Shown piece by piece: positions 62,455 through 64,000 of a stretch of DNA of 64,000 nucleotides (positions are counted from its first letter, which is position 1; the number at the start of each line of letters is the position of its first letter). The notes below the pieces were generated by a model. The model was not told the DNA's origin, searched no databases, and saw only the letters and a program-made list of their open reading frames with translations. Position numbers and translations under genes: made by a program. Source of the stretch: Iphione sp. A-MEVVRFRX5 (taxonomy: Eukaryota); the NCBI GenBank assembly GCA_976226885.1, contig OZ320320.1:10912001-10976000 (forward strand), in the 5' to 3' direction.

Positions 62455-62850
62455 TGGCTGCCAGACTATGTGTATCTGTGTGTGTGTGAAGGTGTGAGTG
62501 TTGATGATGTAGCTAAGGTCCTGTGTGGCTACCAGACTACCTGTGTGTGTGTGTGTGTGTGAAGGTGTGAGTGTTGATGATGTAGCTAAGGTCCTGTGTG
62601 GCTACCAGACTACCTGTGTGTGTGTGTGTGTGTGAAGGTGTGAGTGTTGATGATGTAGCTAAGGTCCTATGTGACTACCAGACTACCCGTATCTGTGTGT
62701 GTGAAGGTGTGAGTGTTGATGATGTAGCTAAGGTCCTGTGTGGCTACCAGACTACCTGTGTGTGTGTGTGTGTGTGAAGGTGTGAGTGTTGATGATGTAG
62801 CTAAGGTCCTGTGTGGCTACCAGACTGCCCCTATAGATCTGTGTGTGAAG
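62455..62850. repeat. About 60-bp minisatellite with variable internal (GT)n
   Basis: GAAGGTGTGAGTGTTGATGATGTAGCTAAGGTCC recurs 6 times. Confidence 0.9.
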
Positions 62851-64000
62851 TATGAGTGGGTCCTGTGTTGTTGATTGGGTTTTCCTGTATGGCTGTCGGA
62901 TGTGCTTTTGCTCAGCGTGTGTTGGAATCTTTTTGTGCTCCTTAACATTGTTGCGAAACCTCTGTTGTAGCGTATATGTGTTGTTAGTCCGCGCACCGGG
63001 AGTGGTGCACGCTCACTGGACGTTTAAATGAGGGAGGTTTGCGCGCTGAGTCAACCAGCCTCTGCCGCCTTTTTTAATTTTTTTTTTTGACGTACCATGA
63101 TGTGAAGACAAGCCGTGACCACTCGACCGCTCACTCAGCATCTCCGGCTCCCGACCATCCCATCGGTGGAATTTCCGTCTTACTTCCCCATATTTAGTTC
63201 TCTCTCTTGCTGTCTCGGTCTCTGTCTATGTGTCTCTTTCTCGCTAGAGTAGGTCGCTGTATAACAACCTTAACTTCCTTGTTTAGCAGCTTTAAGTGGT
63301 CGTCATATATAAGAGGCTAGCATTCCGATGGTATTTGGTCGGCAAAGGCCTACCTGCCATCCCCTTGGTCATTAATAACTGGGTACTGATTACACGCCCT
63401 CCCTTGACATTCACGCCACCACATTCTCTTCCTGTCCCTGTCGTCCCCTCTCTCCTCCTTCCTTACCGCCCATCATCCCACCCATATCCTTCTATGGACC
63501 TTTAGGGCCTTTTTGGCGTGATTTGTTATGTCAATGGCAGGTCGGTCATGCTGGACGAGTATAGAGATGATAGACTGTGATAGACTGAACCGTAAGGTTT
63601 TACACCCGTGGACAGACTGCCCACCTGGCTGTCATCAGGCTCGCCCTACATCTGTCCCGCCATCTACCTGGGCATCATGGCTATGTAGAGAGGCACTGCT
63701 GTATGAATAGAGTGACATGGTGTTATTGCATGGAGTAGATTCGTCCGGGTAGCAGGCATATGGCCGCTCAAGGATTTCCAGTAGCAGGAGAAGCAGATGC
63801 CAGCAATATCTCGGTCACTAGTCATTTGTTAGATTTTGCTTTATTTTCCAGGCACAAATATAGTTTATTATTTCCTCAGACTGTTTCAGACATTGCCTTT
63901 CACTGAACATCAGCTGGACAAGATGCACGGTTTTAAGCCATTTGATAGAAACTAAAGTTAACGCAACCACCACACATACCAGTAATGTTCTTGTAGGATA

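Overview
Animal (probably invertebrate; inferred from gene content, GT-AG introns and TTAGGG repeats) genomic DNA, not prokaryotic. No rRNA, tRNA or CRISPR array was found. Two protein-coding genes are well supported. (1) An STK33 kinase on the + strand, whose complete catalytic domain can be spliced by eye from 9 exons (23142-49458, all phases close). It has a probable 10th exon (53599-53703) and a possible 14-codon first exon in a GC-rich island (12351-12392); its terminal exon was not found. (2) A single-coding-exon class A peptide-receptor-like GPCR on the - strand (54727-56076) with 5' UTR intron(s), facing the 3' end of STK33. The rest is transposon debris (CR1/L2-group LINEs, Penelope-like, DIRS-like, Tigger/pogo and Harbinger MITEs, a Helentron-HINE-like family) plus about 24 unrelated minisatellite arrays, roughly a fifth of the window by my rough sum. 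Best leads: an array that duplicates the STK33 exon-8 splice acceptor ten times; a covarying, potentially two-state hairpin shared by nine LINE 3' tails; hammerhead-like cores tied to Penelope remnants; a MITE that opens a chimeric 589-aa ORF onto a LINE RT; and small higher-order repeats beside exons. All of this was read by eye; family names for degraded elements are tentative.
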